From the sequence record OL631478.1: a stretch of DNA of 64,000 nt; one strand, written 5' to 3'. Under the pieces are notes generated by a model, which was not told the DNA's origin, did not search any database, and worked only from the letters and a program-made list of their open reading frames with translations. The translations under genes were made by a program, and so were the position numbers. Origin of the DNA: Escherichia phage ECML-1. Below, piece after piece: positions 46,320 to 56,228 of the stretch. Position 1 is the stretch's first letter, and every line of letters begins with the position of its first letter.

Positions 46320-47860
46320 TACGTCTATGTAATAGCCTCTATACAACCCTTTCCCTTTCCTTTCCAGAATCTATCCCAGACCTTAAAAGCAATAACTCTA
46401 TAGTCTACTCTATAACCTCTTATCAAATCAACTTAAATAAAAGCCAATAACCCCAGAAAGGGGATGGCCCATTTAAACGCTCTATAAAGCTCTATAACAG
46501 CCTTATCAACCTAACTTAAGGGATTGCATTACCTCACCCTTAAAAGCCCTTTATAAAGCTTCCCAGAGACTTAAAAGAATCTTATAAGGGTGTAAGCTTT
46601 ATCATCTCGTTAGTATTCTTGTGAATATCTAAAAAGGGCTTGTTAGTGTCTTAAAAGTATGTTATAGGGGCTATAAAGTTACTTTGAAGTTACGTAAAAG
46701 TTACGTAAATGCTAGCCCCCTTAACATTTTCTTAACAATTTCTTAACAAACCCTACATAGTTATGCTTTTAAGGCACTTGTTAGCAACTTGTTAGCCCCT
46801 TGTTAAATCTCTGTTAAGACCACGTAAAAACCTTGTAAGAGTCTTTGACATAGCCTTTAAAGCCCCTGTAAAGCCTTATAAAGAGGTATCTGTACAGTTG
46901 GGGTGTAATTACTAGGAAGAGGCTTAAAAGAGCTTACAAGGAGCTATAGAGAGCTTTTAAAAGGTATGTTTAGAGAATCACTAAGAGGGAAAGGGAACGA
47001 TAAGAAAAGAGTAGTGACCATGTTAATAGCTTGTTAAAAAGATTAAACACTTGTTAGGAACTTGTTAATTATCTTAACAAAATAACTCTTAAAAATTAAC
47101 TTGTTAGCTCTTGTTAGTCATCTGTTAAGACTCTGTAAAGACCATGTATTGACTGTTAAGAACTTGTTACAGCCTTGTTAGTTATGTTAAGAATCTGTTA
47201 AGACCTCTGAAGAGATGTTAAGAGCTTGAGAGAGTTGTTAAGAGATTGTTAAGGATATTTTAAAATTTTGCAAAGTACTTGTAAGGGAGTTGTTAAGGGC
47301 TACCAAGTAGATATACATCTCCTACAGATATTTTTCAGTTCCTTCAAAGACCCTAAAAAATGACTTGATAGTCCTATTTTATAAAAATTTTAAAAATCTG
47401 AATAATTACCTATACAGTCTTTCTAAAATACAGGTAATAACAGGCTTATAAGATACCTTGTTAGTACCGTGTTAGACCTTGTGAGATAAGGTCTGTGAAG
47501 ACATTCCTGTTAAGTTTGTTAAAACAGTCTATATAGAGGCTTAGTAATACCTAGTGAACACCTATAGAGAGTATCATAGCTGACATAGAGATTAAGAGGT
47601 GTATAGGAGCTTCTAAGAGGATGTAGAAAGATGGTTAAGGTGATTGTATAGGTTGTTAAGAAGGCTTGTTAGAAGAGTGTTTAGATGGCTATTTAGAAGG
47701 GCTATACAGAGGGCTATTAAGACCACTAGATAGTTACTAAGATACTATATAGTACTATATAACTATATAGAGAGTAAGATTAAGAAGGTTGTTAAGAAGG
47801 ATAGATATTTTATTCACATATGATGGTGACCCAGAGGTTGGGACAACCGATAAAATTTTA
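46320..47860. repeat. ORF-free 1.5 kb region with a dense array of short TGTTA(A/G)G-type iterons
   Basis: No ORF of 60 aa or more on any frame; more than 30 occurrences of cttgttag/ctgttaag/ttgttaag-like motifs between about 46700 and 47700; plus actatatag direct repeats at 47740-47770. Confidence 0.6.
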
Positions 47861-47867
47861 TAAAAAT

Positions 47868-47893
47868 TAAAAAGCCCCCAATTAAGGAGGCTC
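47868..47893 (-). terminator. intrinsic terminator (minus strand)
   Basis: Reverse complement reads agcctcc-ttaatt-gggggct followed by ttttt; same hairpin family as the plus-strand terminator at 10595. Confidence 0.6.
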
Positions 47894-47903
47894 TTAAGAT
47901 ATT

Positions 47904-48497
47904 TTAAATCAGTGTTTCCAGAACTGTCTTCAGTGAAGACTTGGTTGTCTGATAAAAATGAGTAAATCCATTGTTGTTATCGAATATCTGCATCATGATA
48001 TCATCTCCCTTAATTGGGTACACTCGGATATCATAGTGAAACCCATTAAAGACACAAGAACCACTACAGAATGCTCTAAAGTCATCCACTGAGATGTACT
48101 CTTCATGACCTGTGATTTTTATACAAACACCTTTACTTGGTCTCTTAGGATTGATATCTTCCATCACAGACATATTCTGTCCACCAAGAGATACCATAGT
48201 GACCACTTTACGGTTCTTCTGTTTAAAGTACATCTTAACTTTCTGCAAAGTGTCTTCATAGAACGGATAAGACCTTTCTACAAAGATTCCTTCAAGTGGT
48301 TCTTTACCATTTTCAACTTCTCTGTTATGCCGTACTGCAAAGATGATTTGTTCGAACCAGTCAAAATTTTCTTCGGAGAGTGCTCCACGAATATCATTCC
48401 AGTCAAGGACTAGGTAGTTACCTTCAACTTCTTTTAAGTTATCTTTTTCCATAGCTATCACACCATTATCGTAAAACTTGGTAAGCTGGAACTGCAA
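47904..48497 (-). CDS. hypothetical protein
   Basis: 197 aa ORF; first gene of the leftward block. Confidence 0.5.
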   Translation of the reverse strand: MQFQLTKFYDNGVIAMEKDNLKEVEGNYLVLDWNDIRGALSEENFDWFEQIIFAVRHNREVENGKEPLEGIFVERSYPFYEDTLQKVKMYFKQKNRKVVTMVSLGGQNMSVMEDINPKRPSKGVCIKITGHEEYISVDDFRAFCSGSCVFNGFHYDIRVYPIKGDDIMMQIFDNNNGFTHFYQTTKSSLKTVLETLI

Positions 48498-48930
48498 ACT
48501 TGTTGCCGTTGTTCTTAATGAGGTCTTCTTCTGTTACTAAGAATGTAATCCCACATAAGTGTGTGTATTGGCTATCATACTCAAATATTTTAAGTAAGTA
48601 TTTACCATCGTGATAAACAGATTCTACTACACCTTTTGCAACAATCTTTCCAGTCTTGAAATCTTTAAGAGGGTATACATTACCAACTTTAGGGACTGTT
48701 TTCATCTCAGGTTCTTTTAGCTTCTCACCAGTTTCTACATCACCTAGTAAGTGAGAACTCTCAAACGCTACGTACTGCATATAAACTTCTGAGCATTCCC
48801 AGATAAAACAATGTACAAGAACCTTAGCAGCATGTCTTGAGCAATTCAACTTATCACAAATTTCTTTATACATTTCGTCTTTAGTTGAGTTGTCAAGCAT
48901 TGCTTTTCGAACTGTTTCTTTAACTTTCAT
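48466..48930 (-). CDS. hypothetical protein
   Basis: 154 aa ORF. Confidence 0.5.
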   Translation of the reverse strand: MKVKETVRKAMLDNSTKDEMYKEICDKLNCSRHAAKVLVHCFIWECSEVYMQYVAFESSHLLGDVETGEKLKEPEMKTVPKVGNVYPLKDFKTGKIVAKGVVESVYHDGKYLLKIFEYDSQYTHLCGITFLVTEEDLIKNNGNKFAVPAYQVLR

Positions 48931-49348
48931 AAGCTCTCCGAATAACCCTATTAAGCATCTCTAAAGTCAGCTTTCCAGATTCTAAATGTGGCATAACAAG
49001 CTTTAAAGCTTTTTCAACATCATGCACAACATCTATTATACCTTCTGCATAGGCTTCTACAAGGATATCTTTTACATTTTGTGATTTACCTTTTTGTGGT
49101 ATCACTAGACGCATATCAAACTCATTTGCTTGAGGATGGTTCTTACCACGCCAGAGACCGTCCTTATCAAAGCTTATAAAGTTATCCTCATTAAAATTAA
49201 TACCACAAACAACAAACTTATCTAGCACTATGCAGTTGAGAGGGTAATCATCATTTGCATCATTCATTCCGAGAAACTTAACAGTAGAGATATATCTCTG
49301 TGTCTTTGCATCTACAACGTCAAGCTCTTTACCTATAAGTTCTTCCAT
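48920..49348 (-). CDS. hypothetical protein
   Basis: 142 aa ORF. Confidence 0.5.
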   Translation of the reverse strand: MEELIGKELDVVDAKTQRYISTVKFLGMNDANDDYPLNCIVLDKFVVCGINFNEDNFISFDKDGLWRGKNHPQANEFDMRLVIPQKGKSQNVKDILVEAYAEGIIDVVHDVEKALKLVMPHLESGKLTLEMLNRVIRRAYES

Positions 49349-49400
49349 TTCGCTACCTTCTAAGTTTCTACAAAGGGGCTATCAAGTAACCCCTAAGTTA

Positions 49401-49625
49401 TTACTCAGACTTTTCAGTCTTCTTATCGGATTTCTTACTAGTCTTCTTCTCAGCTTTCTGTTCAGGCTCCTTCTCAGAAGTTGCCTTAATAACCATACCA
49501 AGAAGCTCTGATAAGTCACTCTTCAGCAAAGTAACAGGCTGCTCGTTGTAGAAGTTTTTGTCAAGATAAACTTTGAACTCTTCTATAGAAGGAAATCCAA
49601 AGATTGGTACAGGTGTCTTAATCAT
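49401..49625 (-). CDS. hypothetical small protein with Lys-rich C-terminus
   Basis: 74 aa ORF. Confidence 0.4.
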   Translation of the reverse strand: MIKTPVPIFGFPSIEEFKVYLDKNFYNEQPVTLLKSDLSELLGMVIKATSEKEPEQKAEKKTSKKSDKKTEKSE

Positions 49626-49701
49626 TACTTAGTCTCTCCATAGGCATCTTTCAAGATTGCCTTGTTAATCATTTCAGCGATTGCAAAACGAACACATACA
49701 G

Positions 49702-50235
49702 CTATAATTGTAGGTTGCATTCTTTACTTACCTCTTCAAGTTTAATCTCCGAGTCCTTAAGTCGTTTCTTATGAACTCTGAACCTCATTAGTGAGATGAT
49801 AATACCAGCTAAAGGAACAGCATACAAGTACCAGATATCATGCAACTTTGCAGTAATCTGTGTAATTGTCAAATCTTGAGCTATGTAGCCGATTGCTGAT
49901 ACTACCAGTAACATTGCTAAGAAGAACACTAGTATCATAGCAATATTTAGACAACCTCTGGCATGGTATTCATGCTTAATACACTTATTCTTTTCGTCAA
50001 CAACTCTGTTGTAGTCATTTGTAAAGTCTCTGTAGAAAGCTTTCAGGTATTCTTGAGTATAGCCTTCAAAGCAACCTGTACCGTACCAATAATCACCACC
50101 AAAATGTGCTACGATACCGGTATCTCCATTCGGTTTGGTTACTTTTAAAGAAGTATGATGGCGAGTATCCTGATAATCTATCTTGTATCTTTCTTCGTAA
50201 ATCATTTCCCAACCCCTCTCAATCGTTTGTTCCAC
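49702..50235 (-). CDS. hypothetical membrane protein
   Basis: 177 aa with two hydrophobic segments (IAMILVFFLAMLLVVSAIGYI; YAVPLAGIIISLM). Confidence 0.45.
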   Translation of the reverse strand: MEQTIERGWEMIYEERYKIDYQDTRHHTSLKVTKPNGDTGIVAHFGGDYWYGTGCFEGYTQEYLKAFYRDFTNDYNRVVDEKNKCIKHEYHARGCLNIAMILVFFLAMLLVVSAIGYIAQDLTITQITAKLHDIWYLYAVPLAGIIISLMRFRVHKKRLKDSEIKLEEVSKECNLQL

Positions 50236-50420
50236 TCAAGGTCAACAAGTCTTTGCAGGACTTTTCCTCTAGGTGTTACACCTTTTAAACCTGCATCATA
50301 GCAACGGTAAAAGTCACCTTCAGCATGTTTACCGTAGCATTTCCTGATATTCTGGCTCCTACGATACTGTTCTAACAGGGACAGCTTGTAGTAGTCTTCA
50401 ACTGTAGTTAGTTTTTTCAT
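50202..50420 (-). CDS. hypothetical protein
   Basis: 72 aa ORF. Confidence 0.35.
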   Translation of the reverse strand: MKKLTTVEDYYKLSLLEQYRRSQNIRKCYGKHAEGDFYRCYDAGLKGVTPRGKVLQRLVDLEWNKRLRGVGK

Positions 50421-50503
50421 TCTTTTACCATGTCTCTTGTCTAGAAACTAAAAAGGGAACTACCTCTCGATAGCTCCCATCATAATCAGTGTTGTATACT
50501 CGG

Positions 50504-51085
50504 TCAAGAGTATTTTTTAGGCAGTAATGCACTGCGCTTGTTACTCTCTTCACTCAACAGTGCAATGAAGTCATCACTTTTACCTTTCCACGGGCTGAAT
50601 GAAGGGATATGCTCACGAATGGCTTCAATCACCGTTTTCAGTGCTGTATTTTTCATCCACCAATCAGAATCTGCTGATGCTACCACGTAGTATCCACCGT
50701 CATCAGTTAAAATTGGCTCAGAAATACATGGTGAAATCAAAGTGGTGATGATTGAACCATTGTTCATGTAGTATGTTCGTTTCATAACCTTTTCAAGAAG
50801 CTTGTGAAGGTCACCAAACAATGTTACAAGTTCTTTGTGGTCAATATCTTTTTCGAGGCTTGCTCGATACTTCAATAGTGCAGCATCAACCTCTCTGTCA
50901 TTGAACTTGAAATATTGAACTTCTTCAACAAGGCAAACACTGATGTTGTTAACGTTCATAGTCAACTTACAAACTTTTACAGGAGAGTTGATATTCGGTT
51001 GAAAAAGTGCAATACACCCTTCAATATTTCCAAAGTGTTGTACCAGTGTTACTTGTGGAGTAATATTCTGTTGCTCTTCGGACAT
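50504..51085 (-). CDS. hypothetical protein
   Basis: 193 aa ORF. Confidence 0.5.
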   Translation of the reverse strand: MSEEQQNITPQVTLVQHFGNIEGCIALFQPNINSPVKVCKLTMNVNNISVCLVEEVQYFKFNDREVDAALLKYRASLEKDIDHKELVTLFGDLHKLLEKVMKRTYYMNNGSIITTLISPCISEPILTDDGGYYVVASADSDWWMKNTALKTVIEAIREHIPSFSPWKGKSDDFIALLSEESNKRSALLPKKYS

Positions 51086-51429
51086 TACAGTTTCCTCATT
51101 AAATACTTTTTAAGTTGTGTGTTAGGTTTCTCAAAAACTTCTATAGAAGATATCTTGACAGATTCACCACGCATACCTGTATGTTTGAATATATAGTACT
51201 CTAACATCCCTATATACTTTGCTGGTAAGTCATGTTTGACATACACCGTTACAGAATCTTCAAATTCAACAACCTTTGTACCATCTTTGTAGTTAAACTC
51301 TTTAGGATGGTTGTAGTTGTCGATGTCGTACATTAAAAAGAGTCTTTTCCGTTGCATATCAAGCTTATTGGTTAAAGACTCTTTGATGTCTGAGAAGTTT
51401 TTATACACTATGACGTGGAGCTTACTCAT
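51085..51429 (-). CDS. hypothetical protein
   Basis: 114 aa ORF. Confidence 0.45.
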   Translation of the reverse strand: MSKLHVIVYKNFSDIKESLTNKLDMQRKRLFLMYDIDNYNHPKEFNYKDGTKVVEFEDSVTVYVKHDLPAKYIGMLEYYIFKHTGMRGESVKISSIEVFEKPNTQLKKYLMRKL

Positions 51430-51715
51430 CGTTAAACTCTCTGACGAAGAAGTAGTTGACTTTATTATTACCTACCATAAGGTCAAAGCAGGTATTCTCA
51501 AAAGGTTTGTTGTAGGCATCATATGAAGTATACGTATCAGCTACTTGTTTAGTGTTGAGCTTTTTACTTGATGGATTTAAGAGGCCACCATACAGTTTCT
51601 TGATAGCCTCTTCTACAACAGACCAGATGATTTCGTCAGTAATTTCTTCGTACAGGTCAAGTTCACGCTCTAGTGAGAAGTCACAAATAGGGAAAATAAC
51701 CTGTACTTTACTCAT
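51422..51715 (-). CDS. hypothetical protein
   Basis: 97 aa ORF. Confidence 0.45.
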   Translation of the reverse strand: MSKVQVIFPICDFSLERELDLYEEITDEIIWSVVEEAIKKLYGGLLNPSSKKLNTKQVADTYTSYDAYNKPFENTCFDLMVGNNKVNYFFVREFNDE

Positions 51716-52110
51716 TAGCGAATGACCTGTGTTACCTGAATAGCTTCAGTTACTGACAAATCACCAACCGTTTCTTCTTTGACGAAGGTGAAGGTAAGTT
51801 CAACAGGCTCTTGTTCTTCCTGCTCAACCGGAATACCGTTAAGCTCATCAAAGATTGATTGAGTTGTCCAGTCTTCTCCACCATCTGGGTAGTGGATTGC
51901 GTAAAGTGGAAACTCTAAATTATACCAAGCAAAAACAGGGCAACCATCTGCATCATCTCGACATCTGTGGAGATATGTGTTTGTACCTTCAAAATGCAAA
52001 TGGAGATTACCATTCTTCTCAAATAGAAGAGCATCTTGCAGGTCTAGTTCCTCATTTTCGCTGTAACGACTGACATCAACCTTAACATGGATATGACTGT
52101 TATTATTCAT
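51715..52110 (-). CDS. hypothetical protein
   Basis: 131 aa ORF. Confidence 0.45.
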   Translation of the reverse strand: MNNNSHIHVKVDVSRYSENEELDLQDALLFEKNGNLHLHFEGTNTYLHRCRDDADGCPVFAWYNLEFPLYAIHYPDGGEDWTTQSIFDELNGIPVEQEEQEPVELTFTFVKEETVGDLSVTEAIQVTQVIR

Positions 52111-52501
52111 AAAAACCTCTCTCTGCTTGTTCGATTTTTGCTCTTAAAATTTCGCAATGTTGTAAATGGTAGTTAGCTTCTTGTTCATGTGTTGCTAACT
52201 GCCTTTCAAGAACAGTTTTATAATAACCTGCAAGTTGCTCTTTTGTCAACGGGTGTTCTGAAATAATATCAAGTCCACTTTCGCCAAGAGGGTTGAATTG
52301 TCCATGCTCATTGACATTGTAAGTCTCAAACTTGAACAGGCCATTGTTCACAGACTCAATAGGTGACAGTTCAACAAGCTCTACAGTAAACCGTGTATAC
52401 ACCTTGTCGCCTCTTGAAACCACATTGTTTCCGACAATGCGTACAAGCGAACCATTACGAGTGTACTTAAAAGTCCCAAAGTCACTAGCCCAAAGCTTCA
52501 T
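52103..52501 (-). CDS. hypothetical protein
   Basis: 132 aa ORF. Confidence 0.45.
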   Translation of the reverse strand: MKLWASDFGTFKYTRNGSLVRIVGNNVVSRGDKVYTRFTVELVELSPIESVNNGLFKFETYNVNEHGQFNPLGESGLDIISEHPLTKEQLAGYYKTVLERQLATHEQEANYHLQHCEILRAKIEQAERGFYE

Positions 52502-52520
52502 AGTTTTCTCCTTAGAAAAT

Positions 52521-52542
52521 AAAAAAGGCTCCCGAAGGAGCC
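52521..52542 (-). terminator. intrinsic terminator (minus strand)
   Basis: Reverse complement reads ggctcc-ttcg-ggagcc followed by tttttt; directly downstream of the endolysin gene. Confidence 0.65.
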
Positions 52543-52552
52543 TATGAAGATA

Positions 52553-53017
52553 TTACTTTGGATATACACTGTCAAGATAAATGTCAGCTTCCATTCTACG
52601 TCTGTTTTTCAGACCGTTTGAGGTGACCTTCTTACCTTTGACTGTAACCTTGTTCCACCACTGCATAGCTTCTGCGCAACCTACCTTATTACCAGCATTG
52701 TGGCGCTTGATAAATGTAGAATCCTGCATAGCTGTGATGCCGATGTTGTATGTTTCACTTACAAGTGCATCAAACTCGTTCTGAGAAGTTGGAACCTTGA
52801 TAGCTTTGTTCACTGCTGTAACAAACTTTTCAACATCTGCGAGAAGATAATGTTCAGCTTGTTCAGCAGTAATTATCATACCCATCTTAACAGGTTTTCC
52901 GTCAATACGGATTGTACCATACCCGATTGTAGGGATTCCGGCAGAGTCTTCGTAAGCCTCTAACTTCAGACCTTCAAAGAACTTAATAGCTTCTAAACCT
53001 TTTCTTGAGAGTTGCAT
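52553..53017 (-). CDS. endolysin, phage lysozyme (GH24-like)
   Basis: FEGLKLEAYEDSAGIPTIGYG matches the catalytic-Glu region of phage lysozymes; 154 aa. Confidence 0.75.
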   Translation of the reverse strand: MQLSRKGLEAIKFFEGLKLEAYEDSAGIPTIGYGTIRIDGKPVKMGMIITAEQAEHYLLADVEKFVTAVNKAIKVPTSQNEFDALVSETYNIGITAMQDSTFIKRHNAGNKVGCAEAMQWWNKVTVKGKKVTSNGLKNRRRMEADIYLDSVYPK

Positions 53018-54150
53018 TATGCCTCCCCTGCTGGGTTAACTGTAACTGTTGCCGCATTAGATGTTACAGAGCCACCTGCGCCAGTCACTACACAGGTGTA
53101 GCTTCCTGCATCAGCAGCGGTTGCACCTTCTTTGGTGTAAGTTGCAGCAGTTGCGTCTGGGATGACTTCCTCACCTTTCTTCCACTGATAACCTGTCGCA
53201 CCTGTTGCCACAACATTCAGTGTTAAGGTCTCACCTTCAGTGATTTCTTGATTGGTTGGTTGCTGAGTGATTACCGGAAGTGCATTCACAGTAACTGTTG
53301 CAGGGCTAGAAGTAACAGAACCACCTGCACCTGTTACAACGCAAGTGTATGAACCTGCATCTGCTGGCAGAGCACCAGACTTGCTATAGGTAGCATTTGT
53401 CGCTGAAGGAATGTCAGAGCCATCTTTCTTCCACTGGTAACCCGTTGCACCCGTTGCAGTCACTTCCAAGCTGATGTTTCCACCCTCATTGATGGTCTGG
53501 CTAGAAGGTTGTTGTGTAATCACAGGTAGTGCGTTCACAGTCACTGTTGCTGCATCTGAGGTAACACTTGTTCCACCCTCTCCAGATACAACACAAGTGT
53601 ATGAACCAGCGTCAGAAGGTGCTACTGACTGTTTTGTGTAAGTTGCAGAATTGGCACTAGGGATGTCCTCACCATCCTTTTTCCATTGATATCCAGTGGC
53701 ATTAGTTGCAATAACGCTTAGGGTAAGTGTACCCCCTTCATTTACTGTTTGATTGGTTGGTTGCTGAGTGATTGATGGTGGCTTGATAGCATCCTTCAAC
53801 TTAGCATTCAACATTGAGAAAGGTTTAACTCTTGCCAGCCATTCACAATAAACTGTATCAACGTCTTTACCATTGATAATTGCATATTGTAAGTCCATGA
53901 AGAAGTCAGACGTTCTCATTTGAGCACCAACGCTGTAAAGCAACTCATCACTAAATGGAACTTTGTAGTCTGGTTTGTAGTCAAACTTCTTAACTTCTGC
54001 AATATCAGCTTCAGGCCAATACGAACTATAGGTAAGTGGTAAAATAGCCTCTTGATATGTTCTAAAATCATATCTCTTACCAGCCTTTACGTTTGCAACG
54101 AAGCCCTTCACAAACTCTTTGAAGTCTGGGTAAGTCTTTGCTTTAATCAT
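53017..54150 (-). CDS. protein with three tandem Ig-like repeats (possible Hoc-like decoration or adhesin protein)
   Basis: Three ~85 aa repeats each with GATGYQWKKDG...AGSYTCVV...TVTVNALPVITQQP; N-terminal domain paralogous to the product of 54147..54518. Confidence 0.55.
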   Translation of the reverse strand: MIKAKTYPDFKEFVKGFVANVKAGKRYDFRTYQEAILPLTYSSYWPEADIAEVKKFDYKPDYKVPFSDELLYSVGAQMRTSDFFMDLQYAIINGKDVDTVYCEWLARVKPFSMLNAKLKDAIKPPSITQQPTNQTVNEGGTLTLSVIATNATGYQWKKDGEDIPSANSATYTKQSVAPSDAGSYTCVVSGEGGTSVTSDAATVTVNALPVITQQPSSQTINEGGNISLEVTATGATGYQWKKDGSDIPSATNATYSKSGALPADAGSYTCVVTGAGGSVTSSPATVTVNALPVITQQPTNQEITEGETLTLNVVATGATGYQWKKGEEVIPDATAATYTKEGATAADAGSYTCVVTGAGGSVTSNAATVTVNPAGEA

Positions 54151-54518
54151 TTCTTTTTAGCCTCTAAATGTGCGTTTAGTCTAAAATAACCTTTGTGATG
54201 CGGAGATACATCACCAACAACAATACCTTTAACCTTATAGCCTTTACCAATTACATACTGGATATCCATAAGGAATCTTCCAAGTCCAACAATATGGAAC
54301 ATTGGATATAATAGGTTCTCAGAATCTGGAATATTGATTTCAGGTTTGTAGGTACGCTGTTCGATTGTTGGTGTAATATCTTCTTCAGGCCATTTGCTGA
54401 GTCTCCATGTCAAAGGTGTTGGGATAACATCATTAAGGTTGTACCTTTCACCATTTTGCACGGAATTGATATAGGATTGTAGGAAGCAATAAAAGTCTTT
54501 TGCACTCTTAGCTTTCAT
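54147..54518 (-). CDS. hypothetical protein, paralogous to N-terminal domain of the Ig-repeat protein
   Basis: MKAKSAKDFYCFLQSYINSVQNGERYNL parallels MIKAKTYPDFKEFVKGFVANVKAGKRYDF. Confidence 0.5.
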   Translation of the reverse strand: MKAKSAKDFYCFLQSYINSVQNGERYNLNDVIPTPLTWRLSKWPEEDITPTIEQRTYKPEINIPDSENLLYPMFHIVGLGRFLMDIQYVIGKGYKVKGIVVGDVSPHHKGYFRLNAHLEAKKK

Positions 54519-54565
54519 TAAGTATCCTTATAAATAGTTAAAGGGGCATTAGCCCCTATTCACAC

Positions 54566-55156
54566 TTAAGCTTTGGTCTTAAGTAGGTTCTTAAGTTTTT
54601 TAAGATTCATACTCTCATCAAACTTAAAACCAAATCCATTGACATAATCAATGAACTCGGATTTCTTACTGAGTGACAATGCGTAACTCATATCAAAGTT
54701 CTTACTTGTTTCTGCGTCTGGACTAGAGTTCACATCAAATGAAATTTCCGTAGGCTCTTGCTTACTTTTTCTCATATTATCAACCAACAAACATGTATAG
54801 TTTGCTGGATAGAAATTTACACTACCATCAACGTAGCTGTACTTATTATTATGGATAAGGTTGGAAAATACCTTAAGGAATGTTTCTGAGTCGTGGCAAA
54901 CAAGTTTGAATTGGCTGCTCTCTCCAAGCGCAACTAATGAGTACGGACTTTCACTATCAAAGTCATAATTTTGATTCGATGCCGTTACTGTTACACGCAT
55001 CAAGTTATTAGCAATAGTCTTCTGTTTAAAAGAATTTTGAACATAGTGAAGACCTCTATCACACTGATTGACTAGCTCTTTAAGCAGGTCATTTGCATAT
55101 GGTGAATTAATTGATACAGAGCCATCACTATTGTAATTAAAACTTACTGTTAACAT
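54566..55156 (-). CDS. hypothetical protein
   Basis: 196 aa ORF. Confidence 0.5.
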   Translation of the reverse strand: MLTVSFNYNSDGSVSINSPYANDLLKELVNQCDRGLHYVQNSFKQKTIANNLMRVTVTASNQNYDFDSESPYSLVALGESSQFKLVCHDSETFLKVFSNLIHNNKYSYVDGSVNFYPANYTCLLVDNMRKSKQEPTEISFDVNSSPDAETSKNFDMSYALSLSKKSEFIDYVNGFGFKFDESMNLKKLKNLLKTKA

Positions 55157-55383
55157 TTTTCAGTTCTCCTGCGGTTTATAATTTTGCTGCAATAGAGAAA
55201 CGAAGTAAACTCACTGGAAGAAACCATTAAGTGTTGTTCACTAGATTGAGCCATTGCCCTGAAATACATTCCAGTCAAAGCATCATAGTGACTATTCTTT
55301 CCAATTGAGGTTATATAGCCATGACTCTTTGCAGTTTGATATAAATCTATAATATCTGCGATTTCTAATTGGGAACTACACAT
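55150..55383 (-). CDS. hypothetical protein
   Basis: 77 aa ORF. Confidence 0.4.
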   Translation of the reverse strand: MCSSQLEIADIIDLYQTAKSHGYITSIGKNSHYDALTGMYFRAMAQSSEQHLMVSSSEFTSFLYCSKIINRRRTEKC

Positions 55384-55547
55384 AGATAATCCTCTTGTCT
55401 TCTGTAATTTTGAAAGAACAGGTACAGACCAATTTCAGAGGATGAATAGTAGATTAACTCTACCCTTTTTGATTCCTTACGGTGATTGGTATTCTTACCT
55501 TTCTTCGGTTTATTTGATTTTCTCATTAAGTCTCCTTTGTATAACAA
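55365..55547 (-). CDS. small basic protein
   Basis: 60 aa with KPKKGKNTNHRKESKR. Confidence 0.35.
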   Translation of the reverse strand: MLYKGDLMRKSNKPKKGKNTNHRKESKRVELIYYSSSEIGLYLFFQNYRRQEDYLCVVPN

Positions 55548-55624
55548 GGCAGACCTACAGCTTTAAGTAAGATGGTACAGTAATCCATACAACAAGTCAA
55601 GAACTATTGCAAGTTAAAAAAGTT

Positions 55625-55648
55625 GTTGACAAAGTACTTGACAAGGTG
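55625..55648. promoter_or_regulatory. conserved divergent-junction motif gttgacaaagtacttgacaaggtg
   Basis: Second copy of the 24 nt element seen at 9155..9178; lies between divergently transcribed blocks. Confidence 0.45.
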
Positions 55649-55775
55649 TAGGCTTATAAATACTTAGAAGATAACTTAAAAGGTTCCTCTAAAAAGGCTA
55701 TTTAAACAGATATCTTTCTGGATATCTATCTTTTATCTTAAAAGCCTTTTAAGAGGTCTTATAAGAGGCATACCA

Positions 55776-56147
55776 ATGAAAAACAGAACAAACAAAGGCC
55801 AGTTTAAAAAAGGCCAGTCTGGAAACCCATCTGGAAGACCAAAAGGCTCTCGTAACAAAAGCTCACTTGTAAAAGCTCAACTGACCATTGATAATTCTGC
55901 TGAGTTTGCTGCAAAGTTGTTTGAGGCGGTTGTTACAAGGGATGCTGCTAAGCTTGCAGAGTTCGGTTTGACGACTGACGATGTAAACCTGAAGTCGATG
56001 ATGGAGGCTGGTAAAACCATCATGACTCACTCAGCAGGTGAGATGAAAGCGATTGCAGCAGACACTAAGAAGACCCCTGATAATGGTGGTCAGTCTCAGA
56101 CAGATAACAAACCAACGTTCTCTGCTGTAGCGACTCTCAAAAAATAA
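55776..56147 (+). CDS. hypothetical protein
   Basis: 123 aa; N-terminal KGQSGNPSGRPKGSRNK basic motif. Confidence 0.5.
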   Translation: MKNRTNKGQFKKGQSGNPSGRPKGSRNKSSLVKAQLTIDNSAEFAAKLFEAVVTRDAAKLAEFGLTTDDVNLKSMMEAGKTIMTHSAGEMKAIAADTKKTPDNGGQSQTDNKPTFSAVATLKK

Positions 56148-56228
56148 TTTTAAAAGGTGTTGACAGACTCTACAAAGTTGCTCTAAAGTCTGTCACATCA
56201 ACAAACAAATGAGAGAAGAGAGTAAAAT

